A stretch of 64,000 nt of DNA from Psychroflexus sp. (GCA_965662165.1 CBFIGU010000001.1:5254-69253), one strand, 5' to 3'; positions 48,889 to 59,534 are shown, counted from the stretch's first letter. The notes: a model not told the origin generated them from the letters alone. Program-made: numbers and translations.

Positions 48889-51794
48889 ACTAAAGCAGAA
48901 TTTAAAATTTGTAATGGATGCAAAGCTTTACGTTGTGTTGCATCTTTTATTTGGTGTCTACAACTGTGACCATTTGCTACAATAATCGTATCCTGATTTG
49001 CTTTTTGAACAGCAGGAAGCAATTGTAAATTGGCCATTTGCAAGCTCACGTTGTAATGTTCTTTTTCGTATCCAAAACTTCCTGCCATACCACAACAACC
49101 TGAAGGAATAAGTTTAACATCGTAATTTTCAGGAAAATTTAAAAGTTTAAAAGTTGGCAAAGTTGAAGACAAAGCCTTTTGATGACAGTGAATATGCACT
49201 TTCATTTTGGCTTTCTTATTAGTGAATTGTTGTTTGGTTATATTGCCAAGCTCCATTTCCTGAGCCAAAAACTCTTCAACCAAAAAAGTATGGTTTGCAA
49301 TTTCACTTGCAGCATTTCGGTCTTCAGCTAAACGAATATATTCATCTTTAAAACTTAAAATAGCAGAAGGTTCAATACCTAGTAAAGGGGTTGATGCAGA
49401 TACTTTATCTTTAAAGATTTCTATATTTTTATTTGTTAATATTTTGGCTTTATCTAAAAAGCCTTTAGAAAGTAAGGCTCTACCACTCGGCTGATGCTGA
49501 ACTATGTTAACTTCATAACCTAATTTTACAAGTAGATTAATGGTAGCCTTACCAATTTCTACATCATAATAATTGGTAAATTCATCTATAAATAAATAAA
49601 CCGATTTTTTAATTTGTCGTGGCTTCAATTGTAATGAATTCTTCTTAACCAATTGAAATAATGTTTCAGAAGCTAAAATTGGTAAACTCCTGTGTACAGG
49701 AATTCCCATTGTTCTAGACATTATTTTTTTAACCCATAAATTTGAAGCTGCTTTGTTATAGATACCTGAAAAAACACCTAAAAAAGCATTGACTTCGTCT
49801 ATGTTAGCAAAAAACCAATTTCTTAAAGATACCGAGTTAGTTTTATGGTATTGATGTAAAAATTCAGTTTTAAATGCTGTTGCATCAACACTACTCGGGC
49901 ACTCACTTTTACACGCCTTGCATCCAACACATAAATCGAAAGTTTTCTTTAATGCTTTATTATCAAATTTGTTATTAGATTCACCATTAGTTAAAAATTC
50001 TCGTAAAGCATTTGCTCGAGCGCGAGTGGTATCTTTCTCATTCTTGGTAACATGGTAACTAGGACACATTCCACCGCCTGCAGCTGGGCTTTTTCTACAA
50101 TCTCCAGAACCATTACATTTTTCTGCAGCTCTTACTATACCGCCTTCATCTGTAAATTGAAGCGTAGTTTTTACACTTGGTTCCTTTCTATCTACTTGAT
50201 AGCGTAAATCTTGTTGGATAGGAAGTGGATTCAATATTTTATTAGGATTGAAAATACCATGTTCATCAAATGTATTTTTCACCTGATGCAGAGCAGCATA
50301 ACAGGTTTTACCAAGCATCATTTCAATAAAAGACGAACGGACTTTCCCATCTCCATGTTCACCACTCAAAGAACCTTTATAAGATTTAACTAACTTGGCA
50401 ACTGCTTCAGAAATTTGCTGAAAAAGTTGCACATCTTGTGTTACTTTTAAATTTAAAATAGGTCTTAAATGTAATTCCCCTGCTCCAGCATGCGCATAAT
50501 AAACAGCTTCTTGCCCAAAATTATTCATTATAGCTGTAAAGTCTTTAATGTAATTACTCAGATCTTTTAAGGCTACCGCAGTATCTTCAATACAAGCAAC
50601 AGCTTTTTTATCGCTATTTACATTTCCCAAAAGACCTAAACCTGCTTTTCTGAGCTCGAATGCTTTTTGAATATCTTCACCTTCTAAAACTGGATTTGCA
50701 TAAACCTGTGTAGAAGTTTTTAAATCCTTCAGAAGATTTTCAACTTGAGCAAGTAAATCGTTTTGTTGGTTAGACTTTAATTCAAGTAACAAAATAGCTT
50801 TAGGGTCAGCTTCAATAAAAAAACGATGTTGTTGGTAATACAATTGATTCTTAGTACAGTCTAAGATGCGTTTATCCATCAATTCGCAAGTAAATAAGTC
50901 ATGCTTCATTGCAATTTGAACAGCATCTAAAGCATCTTCAACACTATTAAATTGAGCTGCAATAATTCGGTTTAATTTAGGCGGTAAATCGTCTAGACTT
51001 AAGGTTAATTCTGTTGTGAAACAAAGCGTTCCTTCGCTTCCTGCTAAAAGCTTGTTGATGTTAATTCCGTTCTTAGAATTCAATAAAACTTCATCTAAAG
51101 CATAACCTGTATTTCTTCTATGAATTTCTGGACTTGGATAATTTTCTAGAATAGCAGAACGTAAATGATCATCTTCCTTCATTTTGAGAAAACAACTGTA
51201 AATGCTTCCTTCTAAAGAGTCTTCTTGAGTTTTATTAAGCCAATCTTCGTTAGATAATTGTTGAAATTCTGCTTCGCTACCATCGGCTAAAACTACTTTA
51301 GATGCAATAACTTTATCTCGAGTAACGCCGTATTTAATAGAAGTGGTTCCACTTGAATTATTCCCGAACATACCGCCGATAGTACACCGATTAGCAGTAG
51401 AAGTATTAGGACTAAAGAAAAGATGGTGCTTTTTTAATGCAGCATTTAATTCGTCTAAAACCACACCTGGCTGTACGCGTACCTGTTTATTATTTTTATC
51501 TATTTCCAGAATTTTCGTAAAATACTTAGAAAGATCTACCACAATACCATTACCTACACATTGGCCAGCTAATGAAGTACCAGCTGCTCTTGGTATTAAG
51601 CTCAGTTGATGTAGCTGAGCAAATTTGACTAGACTTTGAAGGTCTGAAACTGTTTTTGGAATGGCAACAGCTTTAGGCAAGCTTCGGTAAACTGATGCAT
51701 CTGTAGCATAAATGCTTTGGTACAAGTCATCTAAATAAATTTCTCCTTTAAAATTGGTTTTTAAATTTCCCCAAGCCGTTGATTCTACTTGCAT
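48885..51794 (-). CDS. FAD-binding/Fe-S 2-hydroxyacid dehydrogenase (YdiJ/GlcD-GlcF fusion-like)
   Basis: YATDAS.Y, PRAAGTSLAGQ, CTIGGM.GNNS.G, HAGAGELH, SGEHGDG, CNGSGDC, CVGCKACKSECP, CCGMAGSFG. Confidence 0.9.
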   Translation of the reverse strand: MQVESTAWGNLKTNFKGEIYLDDLYQSIYATDASVYRSLPKAVAIPKTVSDLQSLVKFAQLHQLSLIPRAAGTSLAGQCVGNGIVVDLSKYFTKILEIDKNNKQVRVQPGVVLDELNAALKKHHLFFSPNTSTANRCTIGGMFGNNSSGTTSIKYGVTRDKVIASKVVLADGSEAEFQQLSNEDWLNKTQEDSLEGSIYSCFLKMKEDDHLRSAILENYPSPEIHRRNTGYALDEVLLNSKNGININKLLAGSEGTLCFTTELTLSLDDLPPKLNRIIAAQFNSVEDALDAVQIAMKHDLFTCELMDKRILDCTKNQLYYQQHRFFIEADPKAILLLELKSNQQNDLLAQVENLLKDLKTSTQVYANPVLEGEDIQKAFELRKAGLGLLGNVNSDKKAVACIEDTAVALKDLSNYIKDFTAIMNNFGQEAVYYAHAGAGELHLRPILNLKVTQDVQLFQQISEAVAKLVKSYKGSLSGEHGDGKVRSSFIEMMLGKTCYAALHQVKNTFDEHGIFNPNKILNPLPIQQDLRYQVDRKEPSVKTTLQFTDEGGIVRAAEKCNGSGDCRKSPAAGGGMCPSYHVTKNEKDTTRARANALREFLTNGESNNKFDNKALKKTFDLCVGCKACKSECPSSVDATAFKTEFLHQYHKTNSVSLRNWFFANIDEVNAFLGVFSGIYNKAASNLWVKKIMSRTMGIPVHRSLPILASETLFQLVKKNSLQLKPRQIKKSVYLFIDEFTNYYDVEIGKATINLLVKLGYEVNIVQHQPSGRALLSKGFLDKAKILTNKNIEIFKDKVSASTPLLGIEPSAILSFKDEYIRLAEDRNAASEIANHTFLVEEFLAQEMELGNITKQQFTNKKAKMKVHIHCHQKALSSTLPTFKLLNFPENYDVKLIPSGCCGMAGSFGYEKEHYNVSLQMANLQLLPAVQKANQDTIIVANGHSCRHQIKDATQRKALHPLQILNSALV

Positions 51795-51937
51795 TCAGTA
51801 AGAGCTACTTTGTTTATTGTTGTACAAGTTACAAAAGACAAAATTAAAATATTTGATAAAAGTCATAAATAATTTAGCCGTTTATGGTCGTATTGGATGT
51901 TTAATTTCTTAAATTTATATTCTAAAATTATACAATT

Positions 51938-52240
51938 ATGGATATCAATTTTAATTATGTACACGTAACTGCAAGTGAAAGACTTGAAGAATTTACTAGC
52001 AAACGTTTAAATAAGCTTAAAGAACGTTATGATTGGATTGTTAGAGCTGAAGTATTTATTAAAAAAGAAAATACATCTAGCCCAGAAACAGGAATGATTT
52101 GCGAAATTAAATTAAGCGCTCCTGGACAAAACGTATTTGCATCTTCTAACGAGAAAAATTTTGAAGCTGCAATTGCTGCAACTATGGAAGATATTAAAAG
52201 ACAGCTGCAAAAAAAGAAAGAAAAAATGACTACGCATTAG
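51938..52240 (+). CDS. hpf: ribosome hibernation promoting factor (short HPF/RaiA)
   Basis: MDINFNYVH...KRLNKLKERYDWIV.AEVFIK...FASS...FEAAI...IKRQLQKKKEK; 100 aa. Confidence 0.87.
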   Translation: MDINFNYVHVTASERLEEFTSKRLNKLKERYDWIVRAEVFIKKENTSSPETGMICEIKLSAPGQNVFASSNEKNFEAAIAATMEDIKRQLQKKKEKMTTH

Positions 52241-52259
52241 TAAATTAATGCATCAACAC

Positions 52260-52290
52260 AAACCGTTTTGTAAAAACAAAACGGTTTTTT
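52260..52290 (+). terminator. intrinsic terminator after hpf
   Basis: AAACCGTTTTGT-AAAA-ACAAAACGGTTT followed by a T run. Confidence 0.85.
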
Positions 52291-52299
52291 ATTTAAAAT

Positions 52300-52716
52300 A
52301 TGAAACTTGAAAATTACACTTACCAACAAAGCAGCTTTATACGCTACTTTGTACTCATATACATTATGCTCATCTTAGCCATCTCGATATTCATTTATTT
52401 TGGAGATTCTGAAATCCCGAAATTTCTTATTTTTATGAATATTCCTGTGGCTGTTTTAATTCTGGCTAGTTTTTATAAAAAAAATTATATTGTGGTAAAA
52501 GATAATGTTATTGAAGTCTACAATTCTTTTAAGCCTAGAGAAATCAAACTAGAAAACATTAAATATGTTGAGCCTGTTGGCGGAAGCACTTGGGTAATTA
52601 AATTAAATAATAAGCAAAAAACAAACTTATCTAAATTTCGAGTTGCCAAAGCAGACCAAGAGCAATTTAAAAAACAAATGAAAGCGCTTCAAAGTCATTT
52701 CAAAAATTCAAATTAA
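52300..52716 (+). CDS. hypothetical membrane protein (two TM plus PH-like domain)
   Basis: Two hydrophobic helices followed by a basic beta-rich domain (REIKLENIKYV). Confidence 0.65.
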   Translation: MKLENYTYQQSSFIRYFVLIYIMLILAISIFIYFGDSEIPKFLIFMNIPVAVLILASFYKKNYIVVKDNVIEVYNSFKPREIKLENIKYVEPVGGSTWVIKLNNKQKTNLSKFRVAKADQEQFKKQMKALQSHFKNSN

Positions 52717-52740
52717 ATTCAACTTGAAATGTAAAGGTGT

Positions 52741-53910
52741 TTAACTTCTTCTATATTGAGAAGAAACTTCAAAAACATGTTCTAAAATGTGTTGATCGGT
52801 TTCTGAAAATTCTAGATTTCTCCTTTTCATAACTACTTCTGCAACTTCAAAAGCTTTATTGGTTTTATAGGTAGTTGTTCCTTGGCTTCCACCCCAACTG
52901 AAGCTTGGTATAAAGTTTCTTGGAAAACCAGCTCCAAATATATTTGCACTCACTCCTACTACTGTTCCTGTATTAAACATGGTATTAATTCCACATTTAG
53001 AGTGATCACCCATCATTAAACCGCAAAATTGCAGACCTGTATCAGCAAATCTGCCCGTTTCATAATTCCATAATCGTACTGAAGCATAATTATTTTTTAG
53101 ATTAGACGTATTCGAATCTGCACCAATATTGCACCACTCACCTAGAACAGAATTTCCTAAGAAGCCATCATGACCTTTATTTGAAAAACCGAAGATTACA
53201 GAATTACTCACTTCTCCACCTACTTTACAATGCGGACCAATAGTGGTTCCTGTATATATTTTAGCTCCCATTTTTAAAGTAGAGTGTTCTCCTAATGCAA
53301 ACGGACCACGCACAGAACAATTTTCCATAACTTCTGCATGTTTACCTATATAAATAGGTCCTTCGCTCGCATTTAAAGTGGCATTGTGCAACTTTACTCC
53401 TTCTTCAATAAAAATTTGATCTTTATTTACAGCGTAAACAGCATCTGGAATAGCGGCTGACTTTCGACCTTTTGTAAGGAGTTTAAAATCGGCTTCAATG
53501 GCAACATGATTTTTTGAAAAAATATCCCAGACATTTTTGATACTCAATATCTCTTTTTCAAATGGAACTACCTTTGCCTTGGCAGGTTGTTCTGGTGTAG
53601 TTGAAACATAAGCTACAATGCTATCATCTTTCATTAAAACTTCATCTAACTTCAGGTTTTGAATTGCAAAAACTAAATCTTCTGATGGTAAAACGGAAGA
53701 ATTGATAAAAGTTGAAGCTTCCGCTTTTTGATAAGGATATTTATTTTGTAAGTATTCTTCCGTTTTATAAGAGATTTCAGTATGGAGTAATCGATTCCAT
53801 TTCTCAGAAATTGTCATGATTCCAATTCTTATTTCAGCTATGGGTCTTGTGTAAGTAAATGGCAATAGAGCTTTTCGGTCTTCTTGGAAATCGATTAAAA
53901 CGTAATTCAT
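52741..53910 (-). CDS. GlmU-family protein (putative sugar nucleotidyltransferase plus hexapeptide domain)
   Basis: LLPFTYTRPIAEIRIGIMTI.EKW; left-handed beta-helix with NKGHDGFLGNSVLGEWCNIGADSN.SNLKN. Confidence 0.85.
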   Translation of the reverse strand: MNYVLIDFQEDRKALLPFTYTRPIAEIRIGIMTISEKWNRLLHTEISYKTEEYLQNKYPYQKAEASTFINSSVLPSEDLVFAIQNLKLDEVLMKDDSIVAYVSTTPEQPAKAKVVPFEKEILSIKNVWDIFSKNHVAIEADFKLLTKGRKSAAIPDAVYAVNKDQIFIEEGVKLHNATLNASEGPIYIGKHAEVMENCSVRGPFALGEHSTLKMGAKIYTGTTIGPHCKVGGEVSNSVIFGFSNKGHDGFLGNSVLGEWCNIGADSNTSNLKNNYASVRLWNYETGRFADTGLQFCGLMMGDHSKCGINTMFNTGTVVGVSANIFGAGFPRNFIPSFSWGGSQGTTTYKTNKAFEVAEVVMKRRNLEFSETDQHILEHVFEVSSQYRRS

Positions 53911-53913
53911 TAT

Positions 53914-55377
53914 TTATTTTTTTAGTTTGTTTTGAACTACCGAGCGTAGTCCAGTAATATCATTAGAAAGTTTAAGCGCAAAAGCTAGTAAAACGTAACT
54001 TATTACAATAATAACAGATTTTAAGATGATATTCAATATAGGATGAAATGAAAAATCCCAAAAATAAAACCCTCCTAAAAATACAGCTATCAAAGTTATT
54101 AAAATAAAAGATTTACAGGTAAATGGCTGCATATTGAATTTAGTATAAACAAAATATAATTTAATAAGGTTGTAAAGAAAAAAGGCTGTAAAAGTTGCAT
54201 AAGCTGCACCATAATTTCCATACAAAGGGATGAGCCATAAGTTTAATAGTAAAGCTGTTATTGCCAATGCAATCCCCAAATACAATACAAAATGATAATA
54301 ATTAGAATTGAATAAAATACTTACATTGTTTCCCAAACTAGCATCGAAAAGTTTTACAAGGCTAATTAAAAAGACAATTTGGACACCTGCATGATAAGTC
54401 TCAGGAATGAGCTGATACAATTGGTTTATATTACTAATTATTAAAATGAAAATCAGTCCACTAACCACTAAAAGCGTTAAAGAAGTTCTCTTGTATAAAT
54501 CTTTTAGCTCCTGAGTTTTCTTTTGATTTACAAATTGAGCTGTAATTGGACTTGTTATTTGTTGCATAGCTTTTAGCGGAACAGAAATAACAGTTGCGAT
54601 GTAGATAGCTATACCGTATACAGCCACATTTTCTATGGGTAAAAACTGCTCTATCATAAACTTATCTAAATCGAATAAAACAACACCAATTGTTCCTGCA
54701 ATAAAGATTAAAAACGAGTATTTAATTAATTCATTTCTATTGGAAGGAAATGTAAAATTGAACTTAGGAATATATATATTGAAGGCATTAAACATCATTA
54801 TAATGGCTCTAGCTACATATACTCCAGTAGATGCATACACGAAAGTTTTCACATTTATCCATTGATAATAAAGTGAAATAAGAAGAATAAAAACTGCTAC
54901 ACGATGAAAAACTTCTTTCATTATATTCCCAAAAGTACTTTTGTAAAATACTTTACTCCATGCAAAGAAAATTTCGAAATAAGCAGTTACAATAGCAATT
55001 ACAAAAATTAACCAAGCGTAAGGTTGAACCAAATTATTTTCTCCTTCAAAATAATTTAAAATCAAATCATAAAAATAAATCCCGATCAGGCCAATTATGC
55101 TTCCGAAAAAAAGCGGTGTCACTAAAATTAAGCTGAGTAATTTATCTTTTTCTTTTTTAGTAGTATAGGATGTAAAAAATTTGATTAGTGTATTATGAAC
55201 TCCAAATACCATGAATGGCCATAATAAGTTACCTGCCGTTAGTAGGTAGCTTACTAAACCATAATATTCAGGTTCTAAAAAATTTGGGTATAATAACAAA
55301 ACATTGATGGCCCCAATACCAAAACCAATATAGGTTGATATTAAGTTATTGAATGATTGTTTTAAAATTATTCCCAT
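53914..55377 (-). CDS. oligosaccharide flippase (Wzx/MOP family)
   Basis: MGIILKQSFNN...Y.GF.IGA.N; DKFMI...VAVYGIA..IA; YGAAYAT; many TM segments. Confidence 0.87.
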   Translation of the reverse strand: MGIILKQSFNNLISTYIGFGIGAINVLLLYPNFLEPEYYGLVSYLLTAGNLLWPFMVFGVHNTLIKFFTSYTTKKEKDKLLSLILVTPLFFGSIIGLIGIYFYDLILNYFEGENNLVQPYAWLIFVIAIVTAYFEIFFAWSKVFYKSTFGNIMKEVFHRVAVFILLISLYYQWINVKTFVYASTGVYVARAIIMMFNAFNIYIPKFNFTFPSNRNELIKYSFLIFIAGTIGVVLFDLDKFMIEQFLPIENVAVYGIAIYIATVISVPLKAMQQITSPITAQFVNQKKTQELKDLYKRTSLTLLVVSGLIFILIISNINQLYQLIPETYHAGVQIVFLISLVKLFDASLGNNVSILFNSNYYHFVLYLGIALAITALLLNLWLIPLYGNYGAAYATFTAFFLYNLIKLYFVYTKFNMQPFTCKSFILITLIAVFLGGFYFWDFSFHPILNIILKSVIIVISYVLLAFALKLSNDITGLRSVVQNKLKK

Positions 55378-55418
55378 TAGTTGGACAATTTCTTGCTAAA
55401 GTAAAGCTTAGAAATGAA

Positions 55419-56696
55419 TTAAATGAGTTTACTTAATTTTTGAGTTAGGGATTTTCTGCTGTAAGCTTCAATATGTTTAGATTCAATTTTGAGTTTCCCT
55501 TGTAAAAAAGCTTCAAAAGCTTGTTGTAAAACTATACTTAAACCTTCTTTTTCTTGATAAGTAAAACAATCTCCTGAATTTGTTTTTTTAATAATTTGTT
55601 GAACATCCCAATCTTCGGGGCCAATAGCTAAAATAGGTCTTTTAACCATTAAGTATTCAAAAAGCTTACCTGGGATAATTCCTTGTTTTAATGGATTATT
55701 CGCTTCAATTAATAATAATAATTGTGCGCTTTTCTGCGCTTTTACAGCATCTTGATGTGGTAAATACCCATCTAAATAAACATAATCTTTTAAACCATAC
55801 TCCTCAATACTTTTTAAAACAACCTTACTAACTTTTCCAACAAAGTGAAGTTCTAAAAACTGTCTTAGGTGTTCATTTTTAAGCAGTAACTCTTTTAAAG
55901 CCTTCCATAAATTTGTTGGGTTTCTTTCGCTTAAAAGCGATCCGACATGCACCAAAGAAAAAGCTTCACTTAAATCTACATCTAAGTCTTCAGCTTCATC
56001 ATAACCGTTAGTAATTACTTCAATGGGTTGTTTAGTTTTAGAGTTAAATTCCTTTGCAGTTTTGTAACTAGTTACAATTATTTGATCGGCCTGATTTAAA
56101 ACAGCACGCTCTAAATGTTTGTGTTTTTCTTTTGATTTTTCATTCAATTTTAGTAGACTATGGTAATCTATATTTACCCAAGGGTCTCTAAAGTCTGCAA
56201 TCCATTTTAAATTGGGATTTTTTGCTTTTAAACCTTTACCAATTAAATGTAAACTATGCGGTGGACCTGTTGTAATAATTTTATCTATTTTGTGCTTTGA
56301 AATGTATTGATTTAAAAACTTAATTGAGGGTTTAACCCATAAAACGCGTGCATCGGGTATAAAATAATTTCCACGAACGTAAAGCATTAATTTTTGAAGG
56401 CTTTTTTGTTCACTAGCATCTACAATAATACCGCTACTCATGGTCTTGGTATCACTTTTTGAAAATATTTTACCTACTTTATAAGGCTCTAAAATCGGTC
56501 TTTTTATGAGCGTGATTTGATTAGAAATTTCTCTATTTAAACTTTCATCTAAAATGGGGTAATTAGGATTTTCAGGAACATAAACATGAGGTTCAACTCC
56601 AAACGCTGGCAAGTACTTTGTAAATTTTAACCATCGCTGGACTCCAGGACCACCAGCTGGCGGCCAATAATATGCAATGATTAGTACTTTTTTCAT
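55419..56696 (-). CDS. GT4 glycosyltransferase
   Basis: KVLIIAYYWPPAGGPGVQRW.KF.KYL, TTGPPHSLH, WIADFRDPW, PGKLFEY. Confidence 0.9.
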   Translation of the reverse strand: MKKVLIIAYYWPPAGGPGVQRWLKFTKYLPAFGVEPHVYVPENPNYPILDESLNREISNQITLIKRPILEPYKVGKIFSKSDTKTMSSGIIVDASEQKSLQKLMLYVRGNYFIPDARVLWVKPSIKFLNQYISKHKIDKIITTGPPHSLHLIGKGLKAKNPNLKWIADFRDPWVNIDYHSLLKLNEKSKEKHKHLERAVLNQADQIIVTSYKTAKEFNSKTKQPIEVITNGYDEAEDLDVDLSEAFSLVHVGSLLSERNPTNLWKALKELLLKNEHLRQFLELHFVGKVSKVVLKSIEEYGLKDYVYLDGYLPHQDAVKAQKSAQLLLLIEANNPLKQGIIPGKLFEYLMVKRPILAIGPEDWDVQQIIKKTNSGDCFTYQEKEGLSIVLQQAFEAFLQGKLKIESKHIEAYSRKSLTQKLSKLI

Positions 56697-56736
56697 GGTG
56701 GATAGGTTTAAATTAGATTGGCTTTTTTAAGGATAG

Positions 56737-59151
56737 TTAAGTATTTTTAAAATAAGATTTATAAACACCAAAACCCAATAAACCTAAAAACAAAAGACTA
56801 GAAGCCAGCGTAATTTTACTCCCAGTTTGAACAACTTTAGGCTTAAATTCAAAGGTGATTTGTCCATTTCCTGCCGGTACATTTAAGCCTCTAAGCAAGT
56901 AATTAACTTTGTAGATAGGTTGTGTTTTTCCTTTGATTTGAGCTTCCCAACCATGTCTATAAAACACTTCAGAAAATACAGCAAATTGTGGGGAAGATGT
57001 TTCAAAATTATAAACTAAACGGTTAGGTTGTTGTGACACAAGCTCAATAAAATTTGACTGGTTGTTGTCGAATTTTAAATTTTCTAATTGAACGGCTTCA
57101 TCTTCAAGCATCACAGCCGTCTGTTCTATGCTGAGCGAATCTAATGCAAGAAGTTCTTCATCAATAGTATTAACTGTTTTTATATTATTTACAAACCATG
57201 CATTACCATAAGTTTGATTGTTTACTTGTACTTGTAAACCTTTATTTTCAGGATTCATGATAAAATATTTTACATTCATCATGTTTAAAACATTTTGATT
57301 TCCTTGGCTGATATAGAATTCATATAAATTTTGAATTCGCTTAGGTTTAGCAGCGTGATAACCCCCGATAGAATTATGAAAAAATGAAGTTCTAGCTGAG
57401 TTGAAAGGATTACTTGTTAAATCTAACACTCGATAATGTGTCGTATCCTGCATGATTTGCTGGTCTGCTTGCGTAATTTGAAAAGGACGTTCCATAACTG
57501 ATTTTGCAACAAAATCATCTTCATTTACATAACGTCTGTCTACAAGCACTAAATCTGCTACTACCACAACGCCTATAATTAATAATGCAAGTTTAGCATT
57601 CAATTTTTGTTTATTCATAAACCAAAGAGCTGCTGCAATAATGGCTATAATTACCAAACTTCGCCAAGTATCACTTACTAGCATAGCTTGCCGGTCTAAA
57701 CGAATTGCTTTTGCTAATTCTTCAGGAAATTGCTGATCGATTGGATTATAAAAATTGAAAAAAGTACTATTAAAAAATATAAATACTAAACAAATGCTAG
57801 CCGTGATAATAGTACTCCACTGCAGTGCATGTATTTTTCCTTTTTCTAATTTTGATTGAATAAAAAAAGTTCTTAGACCTACAATAGCCAATATGGGCAC
57901 GCACAATTCTATAAGAACTTGTATGGAAGATACTGCTCTAAATTTATTGTATAAAGGTATATAATCTACAAAAAAGCGTGTAAGTACTGAAAAATTATCT
58001 CCCCAAGATAAAAGCAAAGCAAGAATTGAACCTGAAACAATCCAATATTTCAGTTTAGATTTTACTAAAAATAAAGCAAGTACAAAAAGAAATAATATTC
58101 CGGCTCCAATATAAGCTGGTGCAGCAACATAAGTTTGATTACCCCAATACGTTGGCATACTTTCAGCATATTGTTTTGCGGTAACAGGATTGCCAGTTAG
58201 TTGAAGTAAAGCTTGGTAGGTCTCTGAATCTTTGTCTAAGGATTCACTGCTGCTACCACCCATAAAATTGGGAATAAAAAGATTGAAGCTTTCTACAACA
58301 CCATAACTGTACTCTGTAATGTAGCTGTAATCTAAACCGTCATTTTTTTCTTTCTGGGTTCCATCGGGATTAATGCTTAATTCTTCTGTTCCACGAGTAG
58401 AAAAATTTGCATATTCTTTTGTTGCTAAGATATTGGTTGCATTAAAACCAACAGCTAAAATAGCGGCAAAAATCATTACAGTGATTTGCTTTAAAAAGCT
58501 TACATAAGACTTTGATTTTACTGCTGAGTAAGCATAAACTAATCCAATGCAAATACATAACAATAACAAGTAATATGTCATTTGAAAGTGATTAGCTACT
58601 AGCTCTAAAGCCAACCCAAAAGAAAGCAATATAAATCCCCAAAATAATTTATTCCTAAAACATAGTAATATACCACTTATAACTAACGGCATATAAGCAA
58701 TAGCATGAGCTTTTGCATTGTGTCCTACTCCAAGAATAATAATCAGATATGTAGAAAATCCGAAAGCTAAAGCACCTAAAAACGCAAATTTAGGTTCTAT
58801 TTTCAGGACCATAAATAGAATGTACAATCCTAAAAAATAGATAAATAGATAGTCGCTTGGTTTAGGCAAAAAGCGAACAAGTCTATCAATTTCTTTAATA
58901 TAGTTATGCGGATAATTAGCACCTACTTGATAAGTTGGCATGCCACCAAAAGCATTATCCATCCAATAAGATTCTTCTCCATTTTCAGCGATAAAGTCAC
59001 GCTGCTGTTTGGCCATTCCATTATGTTGTTTAATATCACTTTGCTCAATTACTTTACCAGATAATACTGGGTTAAAAAAAGCAAGTGACACCACTAAAAA
59101 TCCTAATAAAACTAATAAATGTGGAATTATTTTACGCCAATGAATATTCAT
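56737..59151 (-). CDS. YfhO family (GT-C) integral membrane protein
   Basis: QSDI...W.DNAFGGMP.Y, GHNAK, NHFQMTYY, YNKFRAVSS, SIGGYHAAKP, FSEVFY..GW.A; many TM segments. Confidence 0.87.
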   Translation of the reverse strand: MNIHWRKIIPHLLVLLGFLVVSLAFFNPVLSGKVIEQSDIKQHNGMAKQQRDFIAENGEESYWMDNAFGGMPTYQVGANYPHNYIKEIDRLVRFLPKPSDYLFIYFLGLYILFMVLKIEPKFAFLGALAFGFSTYLIIILGVGHNAKAHAIAYMPLVISGILLCFRNKLFWGFILLSFGLALELVANHFQMTYYLLLLCICIGLVYAYSAVKSKSYVSFLKQITVMIFAAILAVGFNATNILATKEYANFSTRGTEELSINPDGTQKEKNDGLDYSYITEYSYGVVESFNLFIPNFMGGSSSESLDKDSETYQALLQLTGNPVTAKQYAESMPTYWGNQTYVAAPAYIGAGILFLFVLALFLVKSKLKYWIVSGSILALLLSWGDNFSVLTRFFVDYIPLYNKFRAVSSIQVLIELCVPILAIVGLRTFFIQSKLEKGKIHALQWSTIITASICLVFIFFNSTFFNFYNPIDQQFPEELAKAIRLDRQAMLVSDTWRSLVIIAIIAAALWFMNKQKLNAKLALLIIGVVVVADLVLVDRRYVNEDDFVAKSVMERPFQITQADQQIMQDTTHYRVLDLTSNPFNSARTSFFHNSIGGYHAAKPKRIQNLYEFYISQGNQNVLNMMNVKYFIMNPENKGLQVQVNNQTYGNAWFVNNIKTVNTIDEELLALDSLSIEQTAVMLEDEAVQLENLKFDNNQSNFIELVSQQPNRLVYNFETSSPQFAVFSEVFYRHGWEAQIKGKTQPIYKVNYLLRGLNVPAGNGQITFEFKPKVVQTGSKITLASSLLFLGLLGFGVYKSYFKNT

Positions 59152-59165
59152 ATTTAATTTAATAT

Positions 59166-59429
59166 TTATTCTACTTCTTCAAAATCAACATACTCACCAA
59201 CCTTTTTATTGGTATTGGTTTTTCTAGATGTTTTTTTAGTAGAAGTTATATACGGCTCAGACTGATCTGTATTTTTTTGGTGAAATTCTTGTTGAAATCG
59301 TTTATGAATATTCTGTTGAAACTTCTTTGATATGTATTTAAGGATATTTAGTTTATATCTACGCCAAATAAAACGTATCAAAAAGTAAAACAATAAAAAA
59401 TAAAGTAAAAAACTAACTAGGAAATCCAT
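59166..59429 (-). CDS. DUF4834-like small membrane protein
   Basis: One N-terminal TM, basic/Gln linker, C-terminal VGEYVDFEEVE. Confidence 0.78.
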   Translation of the reverse strand: MDFLVSFLLYFLLFYFLIRFIWRRYKLNILKYISKKFQQNIHKRFQQEFHQKNTDQSEPYITSTKKTSRKTNTNKKVGEYVDFEEVE

Positions 59430-59447
59430 TGGTTAAATCTTGTATTA

Positions 59448-59455
59448 CAAAAGTA
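59448..59455 (-). promoter_or_regulatory. -7 element (TACTTTTG) for the DUF4834-yfhO operon
   Basis: Exact TAnnTTTG 18 nt upstream of ATG 59429. Confidence 0.6.
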
Positions 59456-59507
59456 AGATTATAAAATTGATGTAGTAAAACATGCACCTAAAATTAACGA
59501 AATAAAG

Positions 59508-59515
59508 TATATTTG
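59508..59515 (+). promoter_or_regulatory. -7 element (TATATTTG) for the beta-barrel gene
   Basis: Exact TAnnTTTG 19 nt upstream of ATG 59535. Confidence 0.6.
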
Positions 59516-59534
59516 GTCATCAAAATTTTCTTCT

